Of a DNA stretch of 64,000 bases, positions 35,075 through 44,173 are shown in pieces. Position numbers and translations under genes: made by a program. Each line of letters starts with the position of its first letter. The stretch's first letter is position 1. This DNA comes from a virus, in the IMG/VR virus record IMGVR_UViG_3300035633_000651, positions 32,001-96,000 of that record, one strand, 5' to 3'. The notes beneath the pieces were generated by a model that had not been told where the DNA came from, did not search any database, and was given only the letters and a program-made list of their open reading frames with translations.

Positions 35075-36709
35075 ATGGACTACACCAAGCACCTCCGCGC
35101 CCACCAGCGCGAGCGCGCCAAGAGCACGCAGACCAAGAACGCCGCTGGCGGCTACACCTTCCAGCTGGACGCCCTCGGGCGCCTGCAGCGCTTCCTCATC
35201 CTGGGAAGCGAGGGAGGCACCTACTATGCCAACGAGCGCGACCTGACCCGCGACAACGTTGCCACGCTCGATGGCATCCTTGACAAGGCCGGCGAGGCCA
35301 TCGCCGCCGTTCGCCTGATCGAGGAGGTCTCGACGCAGGGCCGCGCGCCCAAGAACGACCCGGCCATCTTCGCGCTCGCCTACATCACGGCGAACAGCAA
35401 GCACGACGAGGTCCGCGCCGCTGCCTACAAGGCGATGCCGCGCGTCTGCCGGACGGGCACGCACCTGTTCCAGTGGGCGGACCTGATGAAGAAGCTGGGC
35501 AGCTCGCTCGGAAGCTCGGGCGCGAAGCGGGCCATCAGCCGGTGGTACCTGGAGAAGGACCCCCAGAAGCTGGCCCTGCAGGTCACGAAGTACAAGCAGC
35601 GGTCGGGCTGGACCCACCGCGACGTGATGCTTCAGGGCCATGTCCACCCGCCCGGCGGACAGTCGATGGACGCCCGCGTGATGCGCGACGTGCTCCAGTA
35701 CGCTGCGAAGCCGGACACCGTCGAGTTCTCGAAGGACTCGGCCATCGGGCTGCTGTACGCCGCGCAGGCGCTCCCGTACGCGAAGACCGAGGCGGAGGTG
35801 GTCAAGCTGATCACCGAGTACAAGGCGCCGCGTGAGCTGGTGCCGACCGAGCACCTGAACTCACCGGCGGTCTGGGAGGCCTTGCTGGAGGACATGCCGA
35901 TGACCGCGACCGTGCGGAACCTCGGCAAGATGACCTCGGTGGGTCTGCTGAAGCCGCTGAGCAACTCGACCAAGAAGGTCCTGGACCGGCTCGGAAACGC
36001 CGAGCAGGTGCTGCGCTCGCGAATGCATCCGCTGAACGTCCTGGTCGCGAAGCTGACCTACGAGCAGGGCCGCGGCACGCGAGGCTCGTTGAGCTGGGAC
36101 GTGGTGGGGTCTGTGGTGGGTGCGCTCGAAGGTGCCTTCTACAGCGCGTTTGGCAACGTGCGCCCGAGCGGAAAGCGGACACTGGTTGCAGTGGACGTCT
36201 CCGCCTCGATGGACGGGTGTTGGGGCTTCGGCGTCCAGGACGTCTGCGGGTGCCCGGCACTCACGCCTCGCATCGCGGCGGCGTGCATGGCCATGGTGAC
36301 CCTGCGGACCGAACCCTTGGTCCACATCGTGGGCTTCAGCCACAAGCTGGTGCCCATCAACGTCCGGCCCTCGGACAGCCTGGAGACCGTCGTCGAAAAG
36401 ATGAAGCGGGTTCCTATGGGCGGGACGGACGCAGCGCAGCCGATGCTCTACGCCGCCCAAGAGGGCATCAACGTGGACGGCTTCGTGTCGTACACCGACA
36501 ACGAAACCTGGGCCGGGTACCACCACCCGTTCGAGGCTCTGAACGCCTACCGGAAGAAGCAGGGCATCGACGCCCGCATGGTGACGGTGGCCTTCACCGC
36601 GACCGAGTCGACCATCGGGGACACCGAGGACACAGGCTCGCTGGACGTGGTCGGGTTCGACACCGCGGCGCCTCAGCTGATCGCGGACTTCGTCGGAGGC
36701 CAGGTCTAG
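35075..36709 (+). CDS. rsr: Ro60/TROVE-domain RNA-binding protein (Rsr-like)
   Basis: NAAGGYTF, LQRFLILGSEGGTYY, CRTGTHLF, KYKQRSGWTHRD, MPMTA.VRNLG, vWA MIDAS DVSASM...GGTD...TDNETW, VGFD; GGAGG SD. Confidence 0.96.
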   Translation: MDYTKHLRAHQRERAKSTQTKNAAGGYTFQLDALGRLQRFLILGSEGGTYYANERDLTRDNVATLDGILDKAGEAIAAVRLIEEVSTQGRAPKNDPAIFALAYITANSKHDEVRAAAYKAMPRVCRTGTHLFQWADLMKKLGSSLGSSGAKRAISRWYLEKDPQKLALQVTKYKQRSGWTHRDVMLQGHVHPPGGQSMDARVMRDVLQYAAKPDTVEFSKDSAIGLLYAAQALPYAKTEAEVVKLITEYKAPRELVPTEHLNSPAVWEALLEDMPMTATVRNLGKMTSVGLLKPLSNSTKKVLDRLGNAEQVLRSRMHPLNVLVAKLTYEQGRGTRGSLSWDVVGSVVGALEGAFYSAFGNVRPSGKRTLVAVDVSASMDGCWGFGVQDVCGCPALTPRIAAACMAMVTLRTEPLVHIVGFSHKLVPINVRPSDSLETVVEKMKRVPMGGTDAAQPMLYAAQEGINVDGFVSYTDNETWAGYHHPFEALNAYRKKQGIDARMVTVAFTATESTIGDTEDTGSLDVVGFDTAAPQLIADFVGGQV

Positions 36710-36770
36710 CTCCTACCCGGGGGTAACCGCGCCAGGACTGCGGAGCGCGCCGCGTGTCACACTGGTTGGC

Positions 36771-37391
36771 ATGCGGCGCGCTCTTGCCACCTTCCTCCTC
36801 GTGTGCGGTTGCGCGCACGCCCTTCCCACGGTTCATGCCGAGCCGGCGGTCTCCGGCACCACGATGTTTCGTACGCCGAACGGGGCCCTCGTCCACTGGG
36901 ACGAAAGCCAGCTCCCGATCCTCGTCGTCCCGCATCCCTCGATGGGCGCGTGGCGTGAGCCCATCGAGCAGGCCTGCGCGTTCTGGAACCAGCTCATCGG
37001 ACAGACCGTGGTGCTCTGCACCCCGCCACACTACATCCCACCTGAGGAAGTCCAGCCCTTTGAAGGGCCGATTGTCGTCCTGCCCGGCGAAGAGACCGAG
37101 GCGTGGCTCAACGCCGACGAGGAGACCGGCACCATCGCCTTCGGCTACATCTCGCTGGCCGACACGGAGGCGACTCCGTTGGTGGCTTTCATTCTGGTGG
37201 CCCGTGCGATGGGGCACGTCCTAGGCCTGGCCGCCGATGACCCGGCGCGTGCCCCGAATTCCATCATGCGTGATGACATCGCAGGCGCCGACGTCAACGA
37301 GCTGCGGGTGGAACCCGAAGACATCCGGATTCTCCGGCTCCTCTACGGTCCGATTCCGGTCGACGAATCCCCAAAGAAACTGGGCATTTAG
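36771..37391 (+). CDS. Lipoprotein, matrixin/M10-like with degenerate zinc motif
   Basis: Lipobox-like LLVCGC; W..PI.QA..FWN; RAMGHVLGL in place of HExGHxLGL; Met-turn SIM. Confidence 0.6.
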   Translation: MRRALATFLLVCGCAHALPTVHAEPAVSGTTMFRTPNGALVHWDESQLPILVVPHPSMGAWREPIEQACAFWNQLIGQTVVLCTPPHYIPPEEVQPFEGPIVVLPGEETEAWLNADEETGTIAFGYISLADTEATPLVAFILVARAMGHVLGLAADDPARAPNSIMRDDIAGADVNELRVEPEDIRILRLLYGPIPVDESPKKLGI

Positions 37392-37397
37392 CGCCAT

Positions 37398-37598
37398 TTC
37401 CGGAATCCGGAACCTCCAAGGGCCATAGCCCTAGGAGGGTGGCACGTCTCTTGAAGAAGAGAGAAAGATCCACACCCCACCCTTTACCCCTTGTGAGAAC
37501 CCGGGATTCCGGAAATGGAGTCTAACTTCTTGGAATCGTTGAGGAAGTGATGGGCCGGGATGTGCCCGGAATCGGATCGGCGATTCCGGGATTCCGGG
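37398..37598. repeat. Cluster of GATTCCGG/CCGGAATC motifs at the convergence of the + and - gene blocks
   Basis: TTCCGGAATCCGGAA at 37398, GGATTCCGGAA at ~37504, inverted pair at 37565-37590 followed by another ATTCCGGG. Confidence 0.55.
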
Positions 37599-38992
37599 CG
37601 GGCGACGTCCCTGCGGCTGCGGGGTTACGCGCAGGCAGGCGCTCCAGCGTGAAGTACCCTGGGGTATTCGTGAGGACCACCAGCTCCACGACGCGCTGCA
37701 CGGGGGCGGCTGCGTCGGGGCGGAACGTCACCAGGGTCTCAGCCCCTCGGCGCTCCGTCTTCGAGATGGTCCCCTGTTGGCCCTGAGGGCGCGTGTAGGA
37801 GCCGTCCGTCGTGTCCTCGACCCGGTCAGGGCCAACGTACTGGACGCGGTCTCCGACGCGCAGGACGCGTCTCTGGCGGTGGTCCTGGTACTGGCGCTCG
37901 GAGACCAGTCGACCCTGCTCAGCGAGCTTGGTCAGGTTCCGGTTCGCCCAGTTGTGCAAAGGCTTCGTGTTCAGCGTCCGGTCCTGGGTGAGGACGCGGG
38001 CGTTGTCTTCGAGCTGCGTCAGGTAGCGCTCGCGGGTCGTGACCTTGAAGCGCTCGCTCATGGCTTCACCGCCCAAAAGTGGTCGAACTCGGACTGGTAC
38101 ATGGTCTCGTCCTCGCCGCAGTGGCGGCACTCTAGACGGATCCAGTTGTCCCCCTTGGGCCGGATGACGACGGCCATGCGGCGGTCCTCGTGGAGCCCGT
38201 CGGGGTTGCACACAGGACAGGGCTTGGTCGAGTCTTCGATGTACTCGATCCGCGACCCGTCGCCGCGCACGAAAGGGTGGCTAGGTGTCAATGCTTTGTC
38301 GTTCAAGGTATTCCTTTCGGATCTTCTGATAGGCGGGGCTCGCTTCGAGCCGCTTCAGGACCTCCATGACGTCAGTCGCGTCCTGGGTCAGGCGCGCGCT
38401 GAGGTCGGGGGGCCCTTCTTCGTCGAGGGTAGACAGGGCGTACGCCGCACTGTCGAGTGCCGACATGAGCGTCCGTAGAGCACGCACGTTGTCGAGCACC
38501 TTGCCGGCGTCACGCAAGCTCGTCCTCCTCGTCCTCGTCGGGGACCGACGGGTCTCGCTGAGGGCAGACGTCCGGGCGCATGCACTGGATCCTTCCCTCA
38601 TCGTCGACGGTCCACTCTTCGAGCAGTGCACCGCACAAGTCGCAGTTCGCGCTTGGGTCGGTCTCCGGCTCCTGCAGCCCTTCGAGCTTCGCAAGGGCCG
38701 CCAGCATGTCCGCCTGCAGTGCAGGAGGCGCCTTCGTTTTGACCTCGTCGATCAACGGGTCGACGGTGCCCTGCACGGTGACAACGAACTGCACGAGGCG
38801 TGCCTGGTCCATGACCTGCATGAAGCCGGCCTTACTGAAGCAGACTGCCAATCGTGCCATGCGGCCGTTGGCCTCGGCGAAGTCTTTGACGTACTCGACG
38901 TGGTTGCTGGCGTTCGACCAGTTAGGCCGAAACCCCATGCTCGACATGGTCTGGGCGATGTGTTGCGCCCGGGTCAGTTTTCTTGGCGGCAT
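37522..38992 (-). other. Short hypothetical ORFs (37522-38061, 38058-38306 CxxC, 38281-38499, 38510-38992 CxxC)
   Basis: Contiguous minus-strand ORFs. Confidence 0.5.
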
Positions 38993-39965
38993 ACCGTCTC
39001 CTGAGAGCGTAGAGCGTACGATCGTGTACGCCGAACGCCTGGCACGCCACGGCAGCGCCGACTTCGTCGGCCAAAGAGACGAGCGCACGTCCCTCTGACT
39101 CGGTGAGCGCCGCACCATCGAGCCCCAGTACCCGACGACGACGCTGTTCGGGATCCACAAGTCCCGAGGTTTCGAGTTCGAGCACGCGGTCCGTGTGACC
39201 GAGTGCTTCAACCAGTTTCGCAGCCGCCTTGCGGAAGACGCGACTGACGCCCGAGCTGCGGTCGAGGCTCATCGCTTCGGCCAGCCACCCGTGCAGGTTC
39301 GTATCTTGGCTTGCACCGCGGTAGCGTCCGGTCTGCGTGAGACAGAACCGGAGTACGCGGTACTCGCGAGTCGTGAGCGTGGCCCCGTCCTCGACCAGCT
39401 GAAGCGCCTGCGCAACGGGTGTCAGCTGCGGTTCGGGCTCGGGTTCCGGCTCAGGTTCGAGGAAAGGCTCAGGCGGTCCGGTCAGCACCTGTCCTGCCGT
39501 GACTTGCGCGTTCGTCTCGCGCAGCGACCACTCCAGGTCGTCATCGGTCGTGTCGAGCTGCATCGACCGGGCGTACATGCGCTGCTTCTCGACGTACTTC
39601 AGTGCCCAGCCGGTCATGACGCCCTTCTTCGGACTGAAGAGGTAGTGCAGGGGCCAGGCGCGTTCTCCGAGCTTGTACTCGCTCAGCAGGTACTCGACGA
39701 TCGTGGACTGCACTTCGACCTTCAGACCTTCACGGTCGTCGACGCTGCAGTTCCGCTCGATGAACTTGACGGTCTGCAGGACCTTTGGTTCGAGCATCTG
39801 CAAGAGCAGACGCGTGGCTGCGTCGCGCTTGATGCCGAGCTTCAACCGACAGACGAGCAGGTTGATCACCAACACCTCGTCGCTTGGCGCCTTGGACGTG
39901 TTCCAGCACTTCCGCTTCAGCGGGCAGTTTTGGCAGTCCTGGCTGATGACCGGCAGACGACTCAC
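38922..39965 (-). CDS. Divergent sigma-factor-like / double-HTH protein
   Basis: Region-4-like LTTREYRVL...LAEAMSL....VSRV...A..KL; second HTH AVACQAFGVHDRTLY; N-terminal CxxCP..C. Confidence 0.5.
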   Translation of the reverse strand: MSRLPVISQDCQNCPLKRKCWNTSKAPSDEVLVINLLVCRLKLGIKRDAATRLLLQMLEPKVLQTVKFIERNCSVDDREGLKVEVQSTIVEYLLSEYKLGERAWPLHYLFSPKKGVMTGWALKYVEKQRMYARSMQLDTTDDDLEWSLRETNAQVTAGQVLTGPPEPFLEPEPEPEPEPQLTPVAQALQLVEDGATLTTREYRVLRFCLTQTGRYRGASQDTNLHGWLAEAMSLDRSSGVSRVFRKAAAKLVEALGHTDRVLELETSGLVDPEQRRRRVLGLDGAALTESEGRALVSLADEVGAAVACQAFGVHDRTLYALRRRYAAKKTDPGATHRPDHVEHGVSA

Positions 39966-39971
39966 AGCAGG

Positions 39972-40436
39972 TCAGGCCTTCAGCTTCGCGGCCCGAGCCA
40001 ACCCGATGCACGCCGACAGTGGGTCTTGCCACTTGTTGATCACGGCGGCACGTTGGATGCCGTGGAGTTCTACGAGCTGCTCATAGCGAGCCTGGTTCTT
40101 GGCCCACTCTTCGTCCTGCGGTGGTTCTGGCCAGCTGTCTGGGATCACCTTAACGACGACGCCGTCCTGAGCACGGGCGAGGTGCCCGCCCTCGATGAGT
40201 CCGAGCAGCTCGTCGGGCGTCCGGACCTCAACGAACTGTACTTCACACCCTGGCCGAAGGCCGCTGAGCTGTTCGAGCAGAGCCTGCGGGACCGCTTCGA
40301 CGCAGTGGTGCTTGCTGGCCCCGGCGACGTGTCCAATGAGCATGGACCGCCCAGAGCGACGGGGCCCAATGACCGCGACGACGCGGCCCTTGTAAGCCGC
40401 CTTCGAGCGGCGGGGCTTTGAAGCGAACCCGACCAT
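39972..40436 (-). CDS. Divergent P-loop protein
   Basis: VAVIGPRRSGRS and late VINKWQ (NKxD-like). Confidence 0.45.
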   Translation of the reverse strand: MVGFASKPRRSKAAYKGRVVAVIGPRRSGRSMLIGHVAGASKHHCVEAVPQALLEQLSGLRPGCEVQFVEVRTPDELLGLIEGGHLARAQDGVVVKVIPDSWPEPPQDEEWAKNQARYEQLVELHGIQRAAVINKWQDPLSACIGLARAAKLKA

Positions 40437-40813
40437 CAGCCGATCTCCACAGGGAAGCGCGGGGCGAAGGGGCGGTCGGTGTTGTGGACGTCTTGGATAC
40501 GGTCGATGCGGAAGCTGTGGATCTCGTCGTGCAACCCGCACCAGCCGAAGAACAGCGGCTGCGGTCCGGGGTTCGCGCGCGCCCGGAAGCTGTAAGGTTC
40601 GACGAAGCGCTGGCTGTTGTTATACTTCATCCAGAGCAAAGTGCGCGTGCGTCCGGCCAGACGGATGCGGTACATGATCTGGTCGATGCCCGTCGCCGGG
40701 CCCACGAGTCGCGGGTCCACACCCGGCTGCGCTTCCTCGCCGGGCTGCTTCCAGTAGGTCTGGATGCGCTGCTTCAAGCGGTCCAAGAAGTTTTGGCTGA
40801 CACCGAACGGCAC
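40436..40813 (-). CDS. Stand-alone WYL-domain protein
   Basis: MKY....RFVEPY, GWCGL..EIHSFRIDRI.......F. Confidence 0.8.
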   Translation of the reverse strand: MPFGVSQNFLDRLKQRIQTYWKQPGEEAQPGVDPRLVGPATGIDQIMYRIRLAGRTRTLLWMKYNNSQRFVEPYSFRARANPGPQPLFFGWCGLHDEIHSFRIDRIQDVHNTDRPFAPRFPVEIG

Positions 40814-40822
40814 GGCGAAACT

Positions 40823-41691
40823 CTACCCTTCTGCCTGAAGCTTCGCAAGAAGCCGTGTGGCCTGGTTGAGCGTCGGCATGGTCAGGCTGTCCATCCAGAC
40901 GTTGCCGTCGCGCAGGACGACCCAGCGGGGCAATTGCACGGCGCGGTAATGAGCGGCGAGCAGGAGGTCGTCGAGGTTGTTCGACAGCCGGTTGACCACA
41001 CGAGCTTCCCAGCCGTCACGTTTCAGCCCTCCGGCCAATGCCCGCGCGCGCCGAAACCCTTCGATGTCTTCTTCGGTCGTGAAGAGCAAGATCAACGTGG
41101 CGTGCTTCACCCACGACGTCCCTTCGACTGACGCTTCTTGCGCTGCCAGGCGACCTGGTACTCGTGCCGCCGAGCAGCGGCGCACGGCCGACACCGGTCG
41201 ACCTGGTGGACGCTGCTCTTCATCGCGTAGCGGACGTTCCCGCAGTCGCAGTGCAGCGCGTAGTTGTAGCGGTCGGTGTTGACCTTGCGGGTGACCGGAT
41301 CTCCAGCGTCGTCGACTTCGACGACCTCAGGCTGAAGCCCGCCAGGTGCGGGATACCAGCGGGTTCCGTTCTTGCCTTCGATCGAGTCGTCCTCGACCTC
41401 TAGCTCGGGCAGAGGCGGAGGCACGTCGACCAGCATGGGCTCGTCGTCATCGTCGATGGACAGACCGTCGAGGCGCTGCACGTGAATGCGCGCGACGCCG
41501 TCGTGACGACGGGCGCCTTGGACCTCGGCGAGGGTGTAGCCTGGCACTCCGGACACCTCGATGTAGAAGTTGGCCGGGACGCCGGTGGGTTGGTCTGCCA
41601 GTTCTCGGTGGATCGCGTCAGCTTGGCCTTGAATGGCCAGGGTCAGGATGCCCCGGCCGACGGGCTCAGGATGCACTTCTGGTGAACCCAT
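40823..41691 (-). other. Two hypothetical ORFs (40823-41110; 41107-41691 with CDCG...CRPC)
   Basis: GTGA overlap between them. Confidence 0.5.
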
Positions 41692-41969
41692 GCGTTCAGT
41701 TTCCCCTTGCGCAGCAGTCGCCAGTCGCCTCGGGCGTCTGTGACGTAGAACATGCTGCGCGTGCCCACGAAGCGCTTGGTCGAGCCGACGACTTGGAAGT
41801 CGGTGCTCGGGCCGGCGCGCACGTTGCAGGCTCGTTGTATCATGACGACGTCAACGTTGACATCATCAGGAGGCATCTCCCCGTTGAAAGTCACGTAGCG
41901 CATAAAGATGCCGCTCATGATTCCCGAGAAGAGACCGACGTACAAGATGCCACGGAGCAGATTTCCCAT
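41643..41969 (-). CDS. Membrane-anchored bacterial SH3-domain protein
   Basis: TM segment, then NVRAGPSTDFQVVG...GDW...AWVH. Confidence 0.75.
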   Translation of the reverse strand: MGNLLRGILYVGLFSGIMSGIFMRYVTFNGEMPPDDVNVDVVMIQRACNVRAGPSTDFQVVGSTKRFVGTRSMFYVTDARGDWRLLRKGKLNAWVHQKCILSPSAGAS

Positions 41970-41975
41970 GGCGCG

Positions 41976-42005
41976 ATGTTGACATCCTCAACTGAGGCTG
42001 TCAAC
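41976..42005 (-). promoter_or_regulatory. Palindromic leaderless promoter/operator
   Basis: GTTGACA-T-CCTCA-AC-TGAGG-C-TGTCAAC; on - reads TTGACA-N17-CAACAT-N6-ATG(41969). Confidence 0.6.
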
Positions 42006-42576
42006 CCCCGACCTCGACAAACGTGAACGGGCGGTAGCGGGTTCGCCCGGCCGAGTTCTTGTAGGCCTCCAGGACCTGCCCTCGATTGCCCCCCGGGGCG
42101 CAGTCGTAGGCCACGTGGATCCACTCCCCGCCGAACTCCCAGATGAGCTGCCTGAACGCGCACTCGGTCTCGATGAAGTGCCCGAGCTTCCACATGTTCT
42201 CCGGCGTCTCGGGGCGGGTCTCGACGTCGGCGGCCCGGCCGTACATGTGGTCGCTGGTGCGGGACCCTCCCACAGCACGGTTCAGAGCCTCCACGCGGAG
42301 CCCGGACGTGACGTGCAGAGGCATGCCGAGCCGCTCGCGTGCGGGCTGCAGGACGTTGTCGACGAGGGCGTCAAGGTTTCGCAGCTGCTCCTCGTTCGGC
42401 GTGTTGTCGATGCCGAGGCGCCGGGCCGTGGTGGACCGCGTGAACTCCGAGAGCCGGAAGTTCTCGGAGAGCTTGCCTTCCTTCAGCAACTCCTCGTTCT
42501 TGTCGACGAGGACGTACCGGACCTGCTTGAACTCCGGCTCGAAGAATCGGGGTGGCTCGAATTCGAAGCGCTTCAT
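42001..42576 (-). CDS. Peptidase M15A endolysin-like protein
   Basis: LSENFRLSEF, LQPARE, VTSGLR...LNRAVGGS.TSDH.YG.AAD, WIHV. Confidence 0.9.
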   Translation of the reverse strand: MKRFEFEPPRFFEPEFKQVRYVLVDKNEELLKEGKLSENFRLSEFTRSTTARRLGIDNTPNEEQLRNLDALVDNVLQPARERLGMPLHVTSGLRVEALNRAVGGSRTSDHMYGRAADVETRPETPENMWKLGHFIETECAFRQLIWEFGGEWIHVAYDCAPGGNRGQVLEAYKNSAGRTRYRPFTFVEVGG

Positions 42577-42580
42577 GACG

Positions 42581-44173
42581 TCATCCGATCGCAGCGGTCG
42601 TGAACGTGAGCCGGATGCCGTGCAGGATCCGCGTGCCGCCCGTGTTATTCGTGACGGTCAGGATGTAGCTGTTCTCAAAGACCGTGCTGGAGCCCTGAGC
42701 CAGGGTTGCGTTCACCGTCAGCGACGTGATGTTGTTGCCCGACGCGATCGTCGTGACGGTAGAAGAGCCGCCGGTCGACTCGTGCTCACTCTGCACGACG
42801 TCGATGTCCAGGTTGTCCACGTTGTTCGTGACGAAGACCTCGACCGTGCCGAGGTTCAGGGTCAACTCCACCGGCAAGATGGACGCCAGGTCCCACACGC
42901 AGCGCTGACCGTTGGTCAGAACCACTTCGCCGTCGACGAAGTTCGCAGCTCCGTCGGTCAGGTGCGCGGACATGGCGGCGAAGTACTTGATGGCGCTCTG
43001 CGGGCTCACCTTGAAGGGAGTGCCCGTGACGAAGAGGTTGCCTGCGACGTTCAGGTCGTCGCCGCAGTCGACTTCACCTTGGAGGTTCGAGGTGCCCGCG
43101 ATGTCGAGTGTGCCGTTGCCGTCGATGTTGCCGGTCACATTCAGGGCGCCTTGGACGGAGGCGTCGTTGGTCATCGTGACGTCGGCCGAGTCGAGGCGCA
43201 GAAGACCCGACCCACCGCCCACATCGATCTCCAGAAGGCCGATGCCCGCGCCGCCGCCGTCCGGACTGTGAAACATCGTCATCCGGTTCGTGGCCAGAGG
43301 GGCGTTGTTGCTCATCGCCAGCGTCGTGACGCTGGCAGGTGCAGAGTTGTTGATGATCAGCTGCGGCGTGGGCGTCTCAATGAGCAGACCTTGGCTTCCA
43401 AGGGGCGTGCCGGACACCGTCAGCTCAGTGCAGGATACGAACCCGAGCCCGGTCGCCGACGCAATCGACGTTCCAGGCAGCACGATGGCCGTGGCAAAGA
43501 GCACGTCGAACGGCACACTGGAGCTGCCCAGGTCCCAAGAGTTGGCCGCGCTCGGCAAGATGTTACCGGTGACAGTGTTCGAGCCGTCCCGATTGAGCTT
43601 CGTCGCAAGGGCAGCCGCGATGTCGAGGGTCGAATCGAGCAGGTCAGGCTGCGTGATGTCTGCCGCTTCGAGGTCGTTGCCCGCGCCGTCGGCGTTCACG
43701 GTGGCGATGATCACCACGCGGTCCCGCGCTGTCTGGGTGTTGTCGACGAGCGTCGCGGGGAGTGCGTCCAGCTCTGCCTGCGTGAAGACGCCGACCGAGG
43801 TCACAGCCTCGGTTCGGACGTTGCGGGTCGTGCCGTCCGTCTCGTGAGGAGCGGGCGTCGTCTCGACCTCAGTGTAGACGAGGCAGACGAAGTTGTCGAC
43901 GCCGTCCGTGTAATCGCTGAGCGCGATGTCGGTCTGCGCGGAGGCCAGCTCGACCAGCTCTCCGTTTGGAGTGTAGCCGCGGCCCGCGGATACGTCGACG
44001 AGCGTGGCGGTCGTCCCATTGACGGTGACGACCAGACCCTCCGCACGGCCGCCAATGTCGCCGAACACGTCGATGCGCGTCTGTCGGATCTGGCGGGACT
44101 TGGTGGTTTCGGTGAACTCCAGGTCGCGCTGGCGAACCTCGACCTCATTGGGGTAGTTGCTTCTCTCGGTCAT
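42581..44173 (-). CDS. Tail fibre-like protein
   Basis: VSAGRGYTPNGE, KLNRDG..TVTGNI.P, DLGS, Gly/Asn-rich repeats. Confidence 0.7.
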   Translation of the reverse strand: MTERSNYPNEVEVRQRDLEFTETTKSRQIRQTRIDVFGDIGGRAEGLVVTVNGTTATLVDVSAGRGYTPNGELVELASAQTDIALSDYTDGVDNFVCLVYTEVETTPAPHETDGTTRNVRTEAVTSVGVFTQAELDALPATLVDNTQTARDRVVIIATVNADGAGNDLEAADITQPDLLDSTLDIAAALATKLNRDGSNTVTGNILPSAANSWDLGSSSVPFDVLFATAIVLPGTSIASATGLGFVSCTELTVSGTPLGSQGLLIETPTPQLIINNSAPASVTTLAMSNNAPLATNRMTMFHSPDGGGAGIGLLEIDVGGGSGLLRLDSADVTMTNDASVQGALNVTGNIDGNGTLDIAGTSNLQGEVDCGDDLNVAGNLFVTGTPFKVSPQSAIKYFAAMSAHLTDGAANFVDGEVVLTNGQRCVWDLASILPVELTLNLGTVEVFVTNNVDNLDIDVVQSEHESTGGSSTVTTIASGNNITSLTVNATLAQGSSTVFENSYILTVTNNTGGTRILHGIRLTFTTAAIG

